IMG/VR virus record: IMGVR_UViG_3300027708_000033
Location: 63,238-127,237 of that record
From: a virus
DNA length: 64,000 bases
Strand: one strand, 5' to 3'
How positions within the stretch are numbered: the first letter of the stretch is position 1; every line of letters starts with the position of its first letter. Shown one piece after another: positions 38,559 to 46,556 of the stretch. A program made the position numbers and the translations under genes. The notes below the pieces were generated by a model. It did not search any database and was not told the DNA's origin. It saw only the letters and a program-made list of their open reading frames with translations.

Positions 38559-38786
38559 CTATTCGTCTCCTGCGACGATAGCGCCAGAGTCATCGTAGAC
38601 TTTTGCAAGTTCGATGGCATTGTAATCGCATGCTTCATGCGCATACTCACGCAACTTTTCAATCATCACTTCAACGGTGATTTCGTCGAGCGGGATTCCA
38701 ATGTACTCGTTTAGTTCTTCGAGTGTGAGTGTGTACTCTAGTTTTAGAGTTACTGATTCTGGTAACTTGTTTGTGTTATCTGCCAT
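38559..38786 (-). CDS. Acidic hypothetical protein
   Basis: Follows cassette. Confidence 0.6.
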   Translation of the reverse strand: MADNTNKLPESVTLKLEYTLTLEELNEYIGIPLDEITVEVMIEKLREYAHEACDYNAIELAKVYDDSGAIVAGDE

Positions 38787-38910
38787 AAGCAATCACGTCC
38801 TTCATTTCGTCGTTTACAACTTTTGTTGTATTTCCATTATACCTTGTTTTTGGAGCATTTGATACAGTTTCTAGCAAATTCTTTATAACGAATCTATAAC
38901 GACATTTCTG

Positions 38911-39159
38911 CTAATCTAGCTGAGTTGTCGATAGCTCGAGAGCAAACTTTTTGAACTCGTCGCCTTCAAGCGGATTCGCTGCCAAGATGGTGAGTGTGTA
39001 AAGTGTCGCCGCAAGCTCTTTTGGACTTGACTCTTTGATGATGTCTCGCATCAATGCAGAAAGCTGCTGCGCATTTACCAACTCGTCTTCTGTGGAGTTG
39101 GAACGAACTGAGGTGACTAACGCCACTGCAGCTCGTGCTCCTTTACTGAACTTATGCAC
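38911..39159 (-). CDS. Hypothetical protein
   Basis: GTG overlapping upstream stop. Confidence 0.5.
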   Translation of the reverse strand: MHKFSKGARAAVALVTSVRSNSTEDELVNAQQLSALMRDIIKESSPKELAATLYTLTILAANPLEGDEFKKFALELSTTQLD

Positions 39160-39475
39160 AATCGACCTGAATCGCTGTGTGATACAAGAAGCAAGTCGAG
39201 CAAGCAACTCCGTAATCGTTCGGCTTCTTGGTGTTGTTGCGTCGGTTACCGAACATCACTGAGACGTCACCATCTAGTCCTACGAGACTTAGCTTCGTGC
39301 AGATTGAGTAGTAGCTGCGACCAAGCAACTGAGCAATCTCAAGGTTCGAGACGTTCGACTTCTTCAAGTCGCGCATGTCATTGATGTCGTTTACTGACCA
39401 GTATTCTCCTGCTGCGATTGCTGTTAGCAATGTGATGGTCTGGTACTTTTCGTTGTATTCTTGGTTAGTCTTCAT
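39152..39475 (-). CDS. HTH-like protein with C-terminal CxxC
   Basis: WS..D..SNLEIAQLLGRSYYSI; CSTCFLYH. Confidence 0.65.
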   Translation of the reverse strand: MKTNQEYNEKYQTITLLTAIAAGEYWSVNDINDMRDLKKSNVSNLEIAQLLGRSYYSICTKLSLVGLDGDVSVMFGNRRNNTKKPNDYGVACSTCFLYHTAIQVDCA

Positions 39476-39592
39476 AGTGAAGTCCTTTCGTCGTTTTCGC
39501 AACTTGTTGTTTGCTGCTTGATTCCATTATACCTTGTTTTTGAAGCGTTTGTCGCCAATTCGCGAAATTATTTATAACGAATTGGTAACAGC

Positions 39593-39826
39593 TTATTCGT
39601 CTAGAATCTTGGTGATTTTGAATCCAACTTCTTCGAGCGACTCGACTCGCGCTCTGTCGAACTGAGCTTGGTCGTCAAAGTAAAAGTAGACTCGAGCATC
39701 GAAGTCAAAGTCGTCATCGAACTTTGTCTTGCCGTCGCCAATCGCGACAGTGACTTCGTCCACGTTGTCTTTGTAGTTGTAGATGGACACGATGCTGACA
39801 TCGACGTACTTTAGGTTGTCACTCAT
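39593..39826 (-). CDS. Acidic hypothetical protein
   Basis: Coupled ORF. Confidence 0.6.
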   Translation of the reverse strand: MSDNLKYVDVSIVSIYNYKDNVDEVTVAIGDGKTKFDDDFDFDARVYFYFDDQAQFDRARVESLEEVGFKITKILDE

Positions 39827-40073
39827 GTGTTGCTCCTAAAGTTTTCAAGCTAAAGTTTTCAAGCGCCGCGTCAATCTTCGCAATGTCTTCCAGCATCTGC
39901 GCGCGCTGCGCTTCGATGATTGGTAGTAGAGCTTCGCGAGTTCCGCAAGCCGAACAGATTTCAGTCTTGTTGTCCTTGCGTGAGATAGCGCCCATGTACG
40001 CGCCTGGAGTTTCGTTGTTCGGTATGAATCCATCGCATGATGGACAAATTGGTGCTGGTTTGTTTTCACTCAT
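39819..40073 (-). CDS. Small zinc-finger protein
   Basis: CPSC..AISRKDNKTEICSACG.REA. Confidence 0.7.
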   Translation of the reverse strand: MSENKPAPICPSCDGFIPNNETPGAYMGAISRKDNKTEICSACGTREALLPIIEAQRAQMLEDIAKIDAALENFSLKTLGATHE

Positions 40074-40255
40074 TTGCTAGCCTCCTTCAAAGCCTTTGAA
40101 ACTGTGTTGTACATTTCGCCGAACATTTGGTCAACGAACTTTTCGTCGCCTTCCCAATTGTCGGAATCCATCGCTTCGTAAATTGCATCTTGCAAAAGTG
40201 AAAGTTGCTTTTCACTAAGCTCTAGCGTGATTTTGATTTTTGGTTTGTCGCTCAT
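40070..40255 (-). CDS. Hypothetical protein
   Basis: SD GAAGGAG. Confidence 0.55.
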   Translation of the reverse strand: MSDKPKIKITLELSEKQLSLLQDAIYEAMDSDNWEGDEKFVDQMFGEMYNTVSKALKEASK

Positions 40256-40289
40256 GATTTCTCCTTCTCGAGAGTGGGTTGCACTTCGC

Positions 40290-40664
40290 TTACGCGAAGG
40301 CAACCAACTCAGCCTCAAGATTTACGGTTTCGATTTTTGCCCAATAGTCGATTCCAATATCGCCGTTGACGATAACGAATCCACCTGAACATGGACACAT
40401 TGAACATCCTGCATAGCGGTTCCAGCTTATCTTCTCGAACTTGATTCCCTGCTCGATAAGTTTCGCCGCGATGAGTGGTCGCAATGTGTTGTAGTCGCGT
40501 GAGCGACGGTTCGCTAAGTGAGTCCAGACGTCTTCACCGAAGTCAACGAAGACTCGTGATGGCGCGTATGGAGAATCGCTTGCTTGTTGCTTGTATTCGT
40601 ACTTGCGTGGGTACTTGCTTGCTTCTAGTTTTGCAACTACCATTTTTGTGATTGTAGTTTCCAT
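40290..40664 (-). CDS. Hypothetical protein
   Basis: WNRYAGCSMCPCSGGF; follows cassette. Confidence 0.7.
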   Translation of the reverse strand: METTITKMVVAKLEASKYPRKYEYKQQASDSPYAPSRVFVDFGEDVWTHLANRRSRDYNTLRPLIAAKLIEQGIKFEKISWNRYAGCSMCPCSGGFVIVNGDIGIDYWAKIETVNLEAELVAFA

Positions 40665-40831
40665 AAGGAACCTTCTTTCATTTCGTCGTTTGCAGCTTTT
40701 TGCTGTAATTCCATTATACCATGTATTGAAGCAAAATGTAACCATTTTGCAAAATTATTTATAACGAATTGGTAAGAGATTTTTTTGTTTTTGGTGGGCA
40801 TTTTTACGAGTGCCCAGCTCGGTGCTCATCG

Positions 40832-41074
40832 TTAGACGACGAACGCTAGTTTGTAACCCTTGTCGAGCTTTGAGTGAATCTTGTCGAGTGCTTCTGCGAC
40901 TGCCGCGTTCTCGCTTGCGAAGAATTTCGTGCTAGATGCTCGAACTGACTTCTCTGCCATTCCCCATGAGGTGAACAACATGTTGTCCTTTACGACAACT
41001 TCGTAGACCTTCTTCTTGCCAGCATCGCCGCGTGCGCCGTCTGACTCTTTTAGTAAACACCATTTCTTTTCCAT
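40832..41074 (-). CDS. WGR-domain-like protein (paralog 2)
   Basis: W.LLKESDG.RG..GKKKVYE..SWGMAEK..K..KGY; closely similar to 22403-22648. Confidence 0.7.
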   Translation of the reverse strand: MEKKWCLLKESDGARGDAGKKKVYEVVVKDNMLFTSWGMAEKSVRASSTKFFASENAAVAEALDKIHSKLDKGYKLAFVV

Positions 41075-41175
41075 AGCATCCCTGCTTTCGTTTCGTCGTT
41101 TGTATTTATTGTTTGTTGCTAATTCCATTATACCATGTTTTGAAGCAAAAGTGCGCATTTGCGCAAACTTTTTTA

Positions 41176-41478
41176 TTACATTTTGGTAACGAGATTTTGA
41201 CGCTTCCAACCGATGTTCTCGCATCGATACACGCGACCATCGATTTCGATTTCGTCACCAACGCTTAGTGCGGTGTGAGTGCGAAGCGGTGAGAGCTTCG
41301 GCTCGATGATGTTCCACATGAATCCTTCGTAGACGTTAGTGTCACGGAAGATGATGTCTAGAATCACTAGGTCCATGATTCCATTTGGATTTTTGATTTC
41401 GTACGAGAATGAAACGCTTGTGTGTTGGCGTTCACCACGTGGCTCGAAAGCCTTCCAACTGATTTTGATTTCTGACAT
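41176..41478 (-). CDS. Hypothetical protein
   Basis: RTHTALSVGD..CENIGW; follows cassette. Confidence 0.7.
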   Translation of the reverse strand: MSEIKISWKAFEPRGERQHTSVSFSYEIKNPNGIMDLVILDIIFRDTNVYEGFMWNIIEPKLSPLRTHTALSVGDEIEIDGRVYRCENIGWKRQNLVTKM

Positions 41479-41564
41479 ATGATGTCCCTTCGTCGTTTAT
41501 TGTTTGTTGCTAATTCCATTATACACTGCGCCAGTGACATTTGCTGCCATTTGGCGCAAATTCT

Positions 41565-41891
41565 TTATAACGGAATGGTAACAGTATATGCATCTATCCA
41601 CGCAGTAGAAACGTTTTCCCAAGCGCGGTGGTCACGTCCACCAATGTGCCACGCGTAAAGCTCGTCGTCCTTTGGAGCTCCATGCGTGTATCGCTTGTAG
41701 TCGTAGATAGTCGCAACGGTTTTATCTGCAAACTCGATAATCCATCGAGTCGTGATTTTGCCGTCGATGCAATCGGTTGGATGTGGTTCTCCAAATAGCT
41801 CGACTAGCTGCTCGCGTGTCGACTCGAGATATCCTCTGAGCCCAGTGTCATCTGCTTTGCCTGATTCTTGTTTGAGTAATTTAAATTTCAT
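41565..41891 (-). CDS. Phage hypothetical protein
   Basis: LVELFGEP..DGK...W..F..ATIYDYK..WHIGG. Confidence 0.7.
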   Translation of the reverse strand: MKFKLLKQESGKADDTGLRGYLESTREQLVELFGEPHPTDCIDGKITTRWIIEFADKTVATIYDYKRYTHGAPKDDELYAWHIGGRDHRAWENVSTAWIDAYTVTIPL

Positions 41892-41966
41892 GTCGTTCTC
41901 CTTGTTCGTCGTTTTTAATTTTTGTTGCTGATTCCATTATACCATGTGCTTGTGACATTCGTCGCA

Positions 41967-42251
41967 TTATTTAAGAATCCAATGCGGAAGACTTTTGTCG
42001 AAAATTCTGCCAAGCGTTTTCATCGTGAATATGTTCACCATACCGATGACACGATAAGTTCCCAAGCGACCGTGCTTCTCGCTTCCAATTTCAACTAGTT
42101 TGCCAAACGCAAAAGTCGAACTTGGAGTTTGCGTCGTCGTGATAACGCGATAACCTTTTTGGCGCGTGTTATCGACGTAACGCTCGACGATGATGCATGT
42201 GTGCATGTCTCGCGTCCACGATTTAGCGTGAGCCGGAGCACCGGGGTTCAT
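41967..42251 (-). CDS. Hypothetical protein (start uncertain)
   Basis: Fills gap between cassettes. Confidence 0.45.
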   Translation of the reverse strand: MNPGAPAHAKSWTRDMHTCIIVERYVDNTRQKGYRVITTTQTPSSTFAFGKLVEIGSEKHGRLGTYRVIGMVNIFTMKTLGRIFDKSLPHWILK

Positions 42252-42303
42252 GCGAACCCCAGTCTCCTCAATTAGCTCGTAGTCGAAGATGCTCGCGTTC
42301 AAA

Positions 42304-42684
42304 TTAGTCAACCCAACTGTGAACGTAAGCTTTGATGCCAAGTGACTCCAAGTGGTCGACCATCGCTTTTGCAATCGCCTCGTTGTACGCAAGGCTCTGT
42401 CCTCCACTTGCAAAGCCCATGAAACTGTAAGTTCTCAATGAGAGTCCTGGCTTACCATACCAAGGTTCAGCAAGTCCAAGCTTCTTGAAGTCTTGCGCGA
42501 CTTTGGTTCGTGCACTACTGAGCATGACGACAGCATTTCCGCAAATGCCGCCAGACATACTCCATGTTTGAATTCCATCAGTTACTGATACTGGAGTTGG
42601 AGCCTCAGCTTCCATACGTCCTTTGAATGACGCTAGCTTTAGCTCTTCGTAGATTTTTGCTGCTGAGAGAGTTGTAGTTGTCAT
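42304..42684 (-). CDS. Hypothetical protein
   Basis: GGICGNA..QSLAYNEA.A.A..L...GI; follows cassette. Confidence 0.7.
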   Translation of the reverse strand: MTTTTLSAAKIYEELKLASFKGRMEAEAPTPVSVTDGIQTWSMSGGICGNAVVMLSSARTKVAQDFKKLGLAEPWYGKPGLSLRTYSFMGFASGGQSLAYNEAIAKAMVDHLESLGIKAYVHSWVD

Positions 42685-42807
42685 AATGACTCCTTTTCAT
42701 TTCGTCGTTTGCAAGCATTTGTGCTTACAGTTCTATTATACCATCTAGATGTGACATTTATTCTAGTATTGGTAAAAATAGTTATAACGAATTGGTAACG
42801 AGTTTCC

Positions 42808-43083
42808 CTAGTTCGAAACTAGTTCCAAAAACGTGTCAGCACTTATGTGGCCGTTTTCAAAAGCGAGCTTGTATCCTGCCGCGATGACGAGTTCATGAAC
42901 TGGAACTCCAAGACCGTACGCGATGCAGTTGAGAATTTCAGACGAGGCTTCTTTTTGTCCACGCTCGACTTCGCTCAAGTATCCAAGGGCGATGACGCCG
43001 CGTTGCGAAACGTAGCGTAGTGTCTTGTTCTTTTCAAGTCGAGTCTCGCGAATCACGTCGCCTAGTGCTTGTCTATACTGCAT
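42808..43083 (-). CDS. ClgR-like XRE transcriptional regulator
   Basis: ALGDVIR..R....TLR.VS....ALGYLSEVERGQKEASSEIL..I..LGVP, close to actinobacterial ClgR. Confidence 0.85.
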   Translation of the reverse strand: MQYRQALGDVIRETRLEKNKTLRYVSQRGVIALGYLSEVERGQKEASSEILNCIAYGLGVPVHELVIAAGYKLAFENGHISADTFLELVSN

Positions 43084-43120
43084 GTTCTAATCCTATCGCT
43101 TTGTCGTTTGAAAATTGTTA

Positions 43121-43345
43121 TTAGGCTTCTGGGTCTGTAACGGGCATCGCGCACGCTTCACACGTGAACCAAAAGTCGTCGTTCTCGTCAGAGACGATTA
43201 CGTAGTCGAACAGTTCTCCAGAGATTAGGCCAACAGGCTCGTCACACGAAGTACAGGTGTCTTCGTACTGAGCTGCAAGACCTTCGGCCTCTGCGTCTGA
43301 GTGGTCTTCAATGGAACGGACTTGGAAAAGTTCGAAACGATGCAT
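43121..43345 (-). CDS. Acidic zinc-ribbon protein
   Basis: CTSC..CEAC. Confidence 0.55.
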   Translation of the reverse strand: MHRFELFQVRSIEDHSDAEAEGLAAQYEDTCTSCDEPVGLISGELFDYVIVSDENDDFWFTCEACAMPVTDPEA

Positions 43346-43391
43346 GGTAATCTCCTATGGAAACTACCATACATCGCTTCGATTTCCGTGA

Positions 43392-44012
43392 CTAGCTTCT
43401 GAGAAGGTCCTTCAGAGTTGCTAGCTTCGCGTTCGCTTCGTCCAACTGAGTTTGGATTTCGCGAGTGCGCTCTTTGACAAGCTGCTCGATGAGCGACTCG
43501 ACAGTTAGAGAGGGAGAGGTGTCAGCAGATTTCACTGGCGCCGGAATTGTTGGGCGGTTCTTCGAACCTAGCGGACGTCCACGCTTCTTTACTTTTGCGC
43601 GACGACCAAACGTCGAGCGAAGTTCTGAGCCTGGAACCACAATTGCCACTGTGCGAGCTGGAGGAGTGTGAACTCCTGCAACTGCAGAGAAGTAAATTGC
43701 TGATGGAGTACCTGGAACTGAACGGCCTTCGGAACGAAGAGTTCTCTCGGCCAGAGTTTCGATACGGGTAACAGCGCGACGCTCGAGGACGAGCTCGTTC
43801 ACGATTAGGCGAATGGTCGACTTGTCGTAATTGCGCTTGAGTTCACGGTTGACGAAAATTGTAAGTTCGGCAACTGTGAGAGGCTGAGTCTGGTCTTCGA
43901 GAGCTAGAGCCACAAAGTCCTTCAGCTGAATGTGATTTTGAGCACGAGCTTCAATTAGGTTTTTGAAGTTCTGACTCATTTGGTGCTGGGTTTGATTAGT
44001 GATGGGTATCAT
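43392..44012 (-). CDS. Winged-helix-like protein with AT-hook and coiled-coil tail
   Basis: PLTVAEL..YDKSTIR..NELV; KKRGRPLGSKN. Confidence 0.6.
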   Translation of the reverse strand: MIPITNQTQHQMSQNFKNLIEARAQNHIQLKDFVALALEDQTQPLTVAELTIFVNRELKRNYDKSTIRLIVNELVLERRAVTRIETLAERTLRSEGRSVPGTPSAIYFSAVAGVHTPPARTVAIVVPGSELRSTFGRRAKVKKRGRPLGSKNRPTIPAPVKSADTSPSLTVESLIEQLVKERTREIQTQLDEANAKLATLKDLLRS

Positions 44013-44197
44013 CCTTCGTCATTGTCGAGATAGTCACGGAATTGACTATGAAACCATTATACCCCCTAAAGGTGACAAAAGTCTGGCATTTGCGCGAAAT
44101 TGGTTATACTAAATTGAAGCGTTTCCTCTAGCCTAGGGTTTCCCTAGCTTTCAGGCCTTCAGGCCTCTAAAACTGGTCCGGCCTAGTTTCCTGGTTC

Positions 44198-44477
44198 CCT
44201 ATAGCAGGTTGCACTGTTTTTCAGTCCGGCATGCATTTGCAAGGCCCCTATAGGCAGGTTGCGCATATTTTGGTCCGGCAAAACCTCTAGGCCCCTATAG
44301 GCAGGTTGCATAGTTCTGAAAAGCAGTCCGGCCTAGTTCCGGAGGCCCCTATAGGCAGGTTGCGCGGTTTTCTGCCCGACGCGACCTCTAGGCCTATAGG
44401 GCAGGTTGCGCGGTTTTTTCGGTCCGATGCGCGTCCGGCCTAGGGTATAGGCAGGTTGCGCGCTTTTTAAGGTCCGA
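44198..44477. repeat. Six ~50-bp degenerate tandem units with core TATAGGCAGGTTGC
   Basis: Cores at 44200, 44249, 44296, 44350, 44395, 44446. Confidence 0.85.
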
Positions 44478-44481
44478 GTTG

Positions 44482-45294
44482 CTACCCGACTACAAACAGT
44501 CCGGTGTCTCTAGCCAGACATGCAAGGGTGTTCGAGTCCAGGTTGCCCGATGCATCCGGCCCGACCCGGCCTATGGCACGTTGATAGCGGGCCAAAGCGG
44601 TCCGAGTTGCATTGTCAAAGGTGCCCGAGGTATGTCCGGCAAGTTGCACCCGACTGGATAGGGCAAGTTGCAGTGTTGCTGTCGCCCGATTAGGCCGCCC
44701 GGTCGTGAGATGCGCCACCGTTAGCTTCGGTAAGGAGTCCGATGCGGAAACCTTCAGCTTGTTGTTGAAGCTTATGGTTTTCTTCAGCTTGAAGTCCGGC
44801 CTACCGAACCCGATTACCTCTTGGCCCGAGCGCACCCGAAGGTAAACGCCCGTCGGGTCCTGATTTCCTCTAGGCAGTCCGGTGCTGGTTTGCGCCTCTA
44901 GCACCTGGAAGAACCCGGTTGAAGTGAACCGAGAGGTATCCGTCACGATTCCGACGTGGGGCATGTCAAACATGGTGCGTGCACCTTCACCTGGGAAGGC
45001 GAAGAAGGCAATGTCGCCTCGTTGTGGCTTCTGGTATAGGGTGTTTCGCTTCACAAACTCAGCAAGTGCCGCCGGGGTGTACACCGTAGCAGGCACGTTG
45101 CGCACCGTCAGACCGGCCTCTCGCGCCACGACGTCGATGAAAGACCCGGACCAGGGATTTGAGCCGTACCCGACCTTCTCACCGAAGCCGGAGGCCATGC
45201 CGGCCTGCGCCCGATGGCCCTGGTAGGCTAGAGCTTTAGAAACGAAGAGTTCAATCAGGTCTTTAGAAGATGGTGACTTCGGTGTTGCTGTCAT
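44482..45294 (-). CDS. CHAP-like domain plus peptidoglycan-binding domain protein
   Basis: NPWSGSFI..PQRGDIAFF..PHVGIV..EAQT; LQLAL..GTFDNATRTALARYQ. Confidence 0.7.
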   Translation of the reverse strand: MTATPKSPSSKDLIELFVSKALAYQGHRAQAGMASGFGEKVGYGSNPWSGSFIDVVAREAGLTVRNVPATVYTPAALAEFVKRNTLYQKPQRGDIAFFAFPGEGARTMFDMPHVGIVTDTSRFTSTGFFQVLEAQTSTGLPRGNQDPTGVYLRVRSGQEVIGFGRPDFKLKKTISFNNKLKVSASDSLPKLTVAHLTTGRPNRATATLQLALSSRVQLAGHTSGTFDNATRTALARYQRAIGRVGPDASGNLDSNTLACLARDTGLFVVG

Positions 45295-45460
45295 TTGAAT
45301 CGTCTCTCTCGGTTTCCTTCAGTGCAATGAGTAGGATTTGTGCAGCGTTTGCCCGGGAAGACACCCGGACATGTTCCATTCTAGTCGCGGCAAGGGCAAC
45401 GTCCGCGTGAAGGTCGTTAGCCAGTGCTTCCGCTAATTCAATTATAGCATCTTTATTCAT
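45263..45460 (-). CDS. Hypothetical protein
   Basis: Coupled ORF. Confidence 0.5.
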   Translation of the reverse strand: MNKDAIIELAEALANDLHADVALAATRMEHVRVSSRANAAQILLIALKETERDDSNDSNTEVTIF

Positions 45461-46424
45461 CTTTGTACACTCCATCGGTGATTTCTTTTTGATTTTCTTC
45501 GTCGGTGACGATTTCTGCGTCTTCGATCCTCGGGTCCTCATCGGCTGGGACTATGATACCGGCTTGAGCCAGCTTGGCTGCCGCCTCTGTTGCACCTACA
45601 GCGAGGCGCTGTAACCTCTCGGCAATCACCATTGCAGCAGGCCTGACGTCCAGGTTCACTGAGGTATCCACCTCTATGCCGCCACGAACGCCGGCACGGT
45701 CAAGGATTTCGGTGGCTGCCTTGAGTTTCACTGGCTCAGACTCGGCGGTCTCCATAAGTTCCTCAAGCAGGTTCACGGCGAACGGTGCTGCTTGCTGCAG
45801 CTTCTGTCTGGCACGCTCAATGTCGTCGCCAGGCTTCCTGCTCTCGGAGCGAAGGTGGACACGGCACATGCCGTCGTCTGCCGGCCGCCCTGAGGACCAC
45901 AGCATACAGCGGATGCCGTCGTCCTTGACGGTTCGACAGCGGTGAGGCTTGGCGCTTGGCTTTCGCTTCGGATTCGGGTGAGGTGTTTCCTGTTCCTTCA
46001 TCCACAGGCGTGTCGCCCCGAGGACCCAAGGTGGAACCAAGTGGTCGGCTGCCGACTCGATAATCAGGTCTAAGCCGGTCAGGTAGTCAGAGTTACGGTC
46101 AGCAGGGTCCGAGAGGATCGGCTTCTTCTCAGCGAGGGAGAGGATACGGCGCTGAGTGGCCATGTTTTCGGAGCGGGCTTGAATCATGCCGGTCGGGACA
46201 CCATTCGAAGCGTATACCGTGTCCCAGCCCATCTTCGCACGGCGGAGGATTGCACGGTTCTCGAAGGTATCCTCACAGACACCTCTCTCAACCTCGTCAA
46301 TGCCAATCTCCGAGAGGTCAGGGCGAATGTTTACAGGAGTGTCGAGTTCAATAATCGGCTTGTCAGCAACCTCGGCCCCAAAAGGGACGAGAGGTTTTTC
46401 TTCATCATCGTGTACAGAAGTCAT
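45453..46424 (-). CDS. Terminase small subunit-like protein, leaderless start at 46424
   Basis: C..C..CRVH knuckle then A..L..A..AV..L..VKLKAATEILDRAG; TATAGT 6 nt before ATG. Confidence 0.55.
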   Translation of the reverse strand: MTSVHDDEEKPLVPFGAEVADKPIIELDTPVNIRPDLSEIGIDEVERGVCEDTFENRAILRRAKMGWDTVYASNGVPTGMIQARSENMATQRRILSLAEKKPILSDPADRNSDYLTGLDLIIESAADHLVPPWVLGATRLWMKEQETPHPNPKRKPSAKPHRCRTVKDDGIRCMLWSSGRPADDGMCRVHLRSESRKPGDDIERARQKLQQAAPFAVNLLEELMETAESEPVKLKAATEILDRAGVRGGIEVDTSVNLDVRPAAMVIAERLQRLAVGATEAAAKLAQAGIIVPADEDPRIEDAEIVTDEENQKEITDGVYKDE

Positions 46425-46439
46425 GTTTGCACTATAAGA

Positions 46440-46556
46440 CAAGACGGGTGCCGCTAACCGGGGAGAGACTCGTAGCAGCACCCGCCTTGATGCGACCTGC
46501 GTGCTGCGAGGGACCGGAAACCACTAACGGTAAAGGTCGTTTACAGTCGCGAGGTC
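46440..46556 (-). ncRNA. Candidate stand-alone small RNA
   Basis: TACAGT -10 upstream; 17-bp stem with two G:U pairs and loop CGAGTCTCTCCCCGGT; second stem-loop 5' of it. Confidence 0.45.

Larger units (their letters stand above)
27398..44077 (-). promoter_or_regulatory. About 18 dispersed early promoter/leader cassettes on the minus strand
   Basis: ATTATA on + strand at 27428, 28822, 29473, 31128, 31768, 33160, 33830, 35701, 37394, 37920, 38836, 39526, 40713, 41127, 41518, 41936, 42735, 44056, each followed on the minus strand by a leader containing AAACGAC(G/A)AA or a variant, then SD. Confidence 0.8.

Noticed and set aside
21625-41146. TTTGCTTCA as a T4 MotA box
   Set aside because: Sequence resembles it, but spacing to the -10 is 8-10 nt rather than 11-13 and no MotA/AsiA homolog is evident; kept only as an unexplained -26 element
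44198-44477. CRISPR mini-array
   Set aside because: Core is only ~14-20 nt and degenerate, the intervening sequences share motifs (T tract, GTCCG, CTAG) rather than being unique spacers, and no cas genes are present
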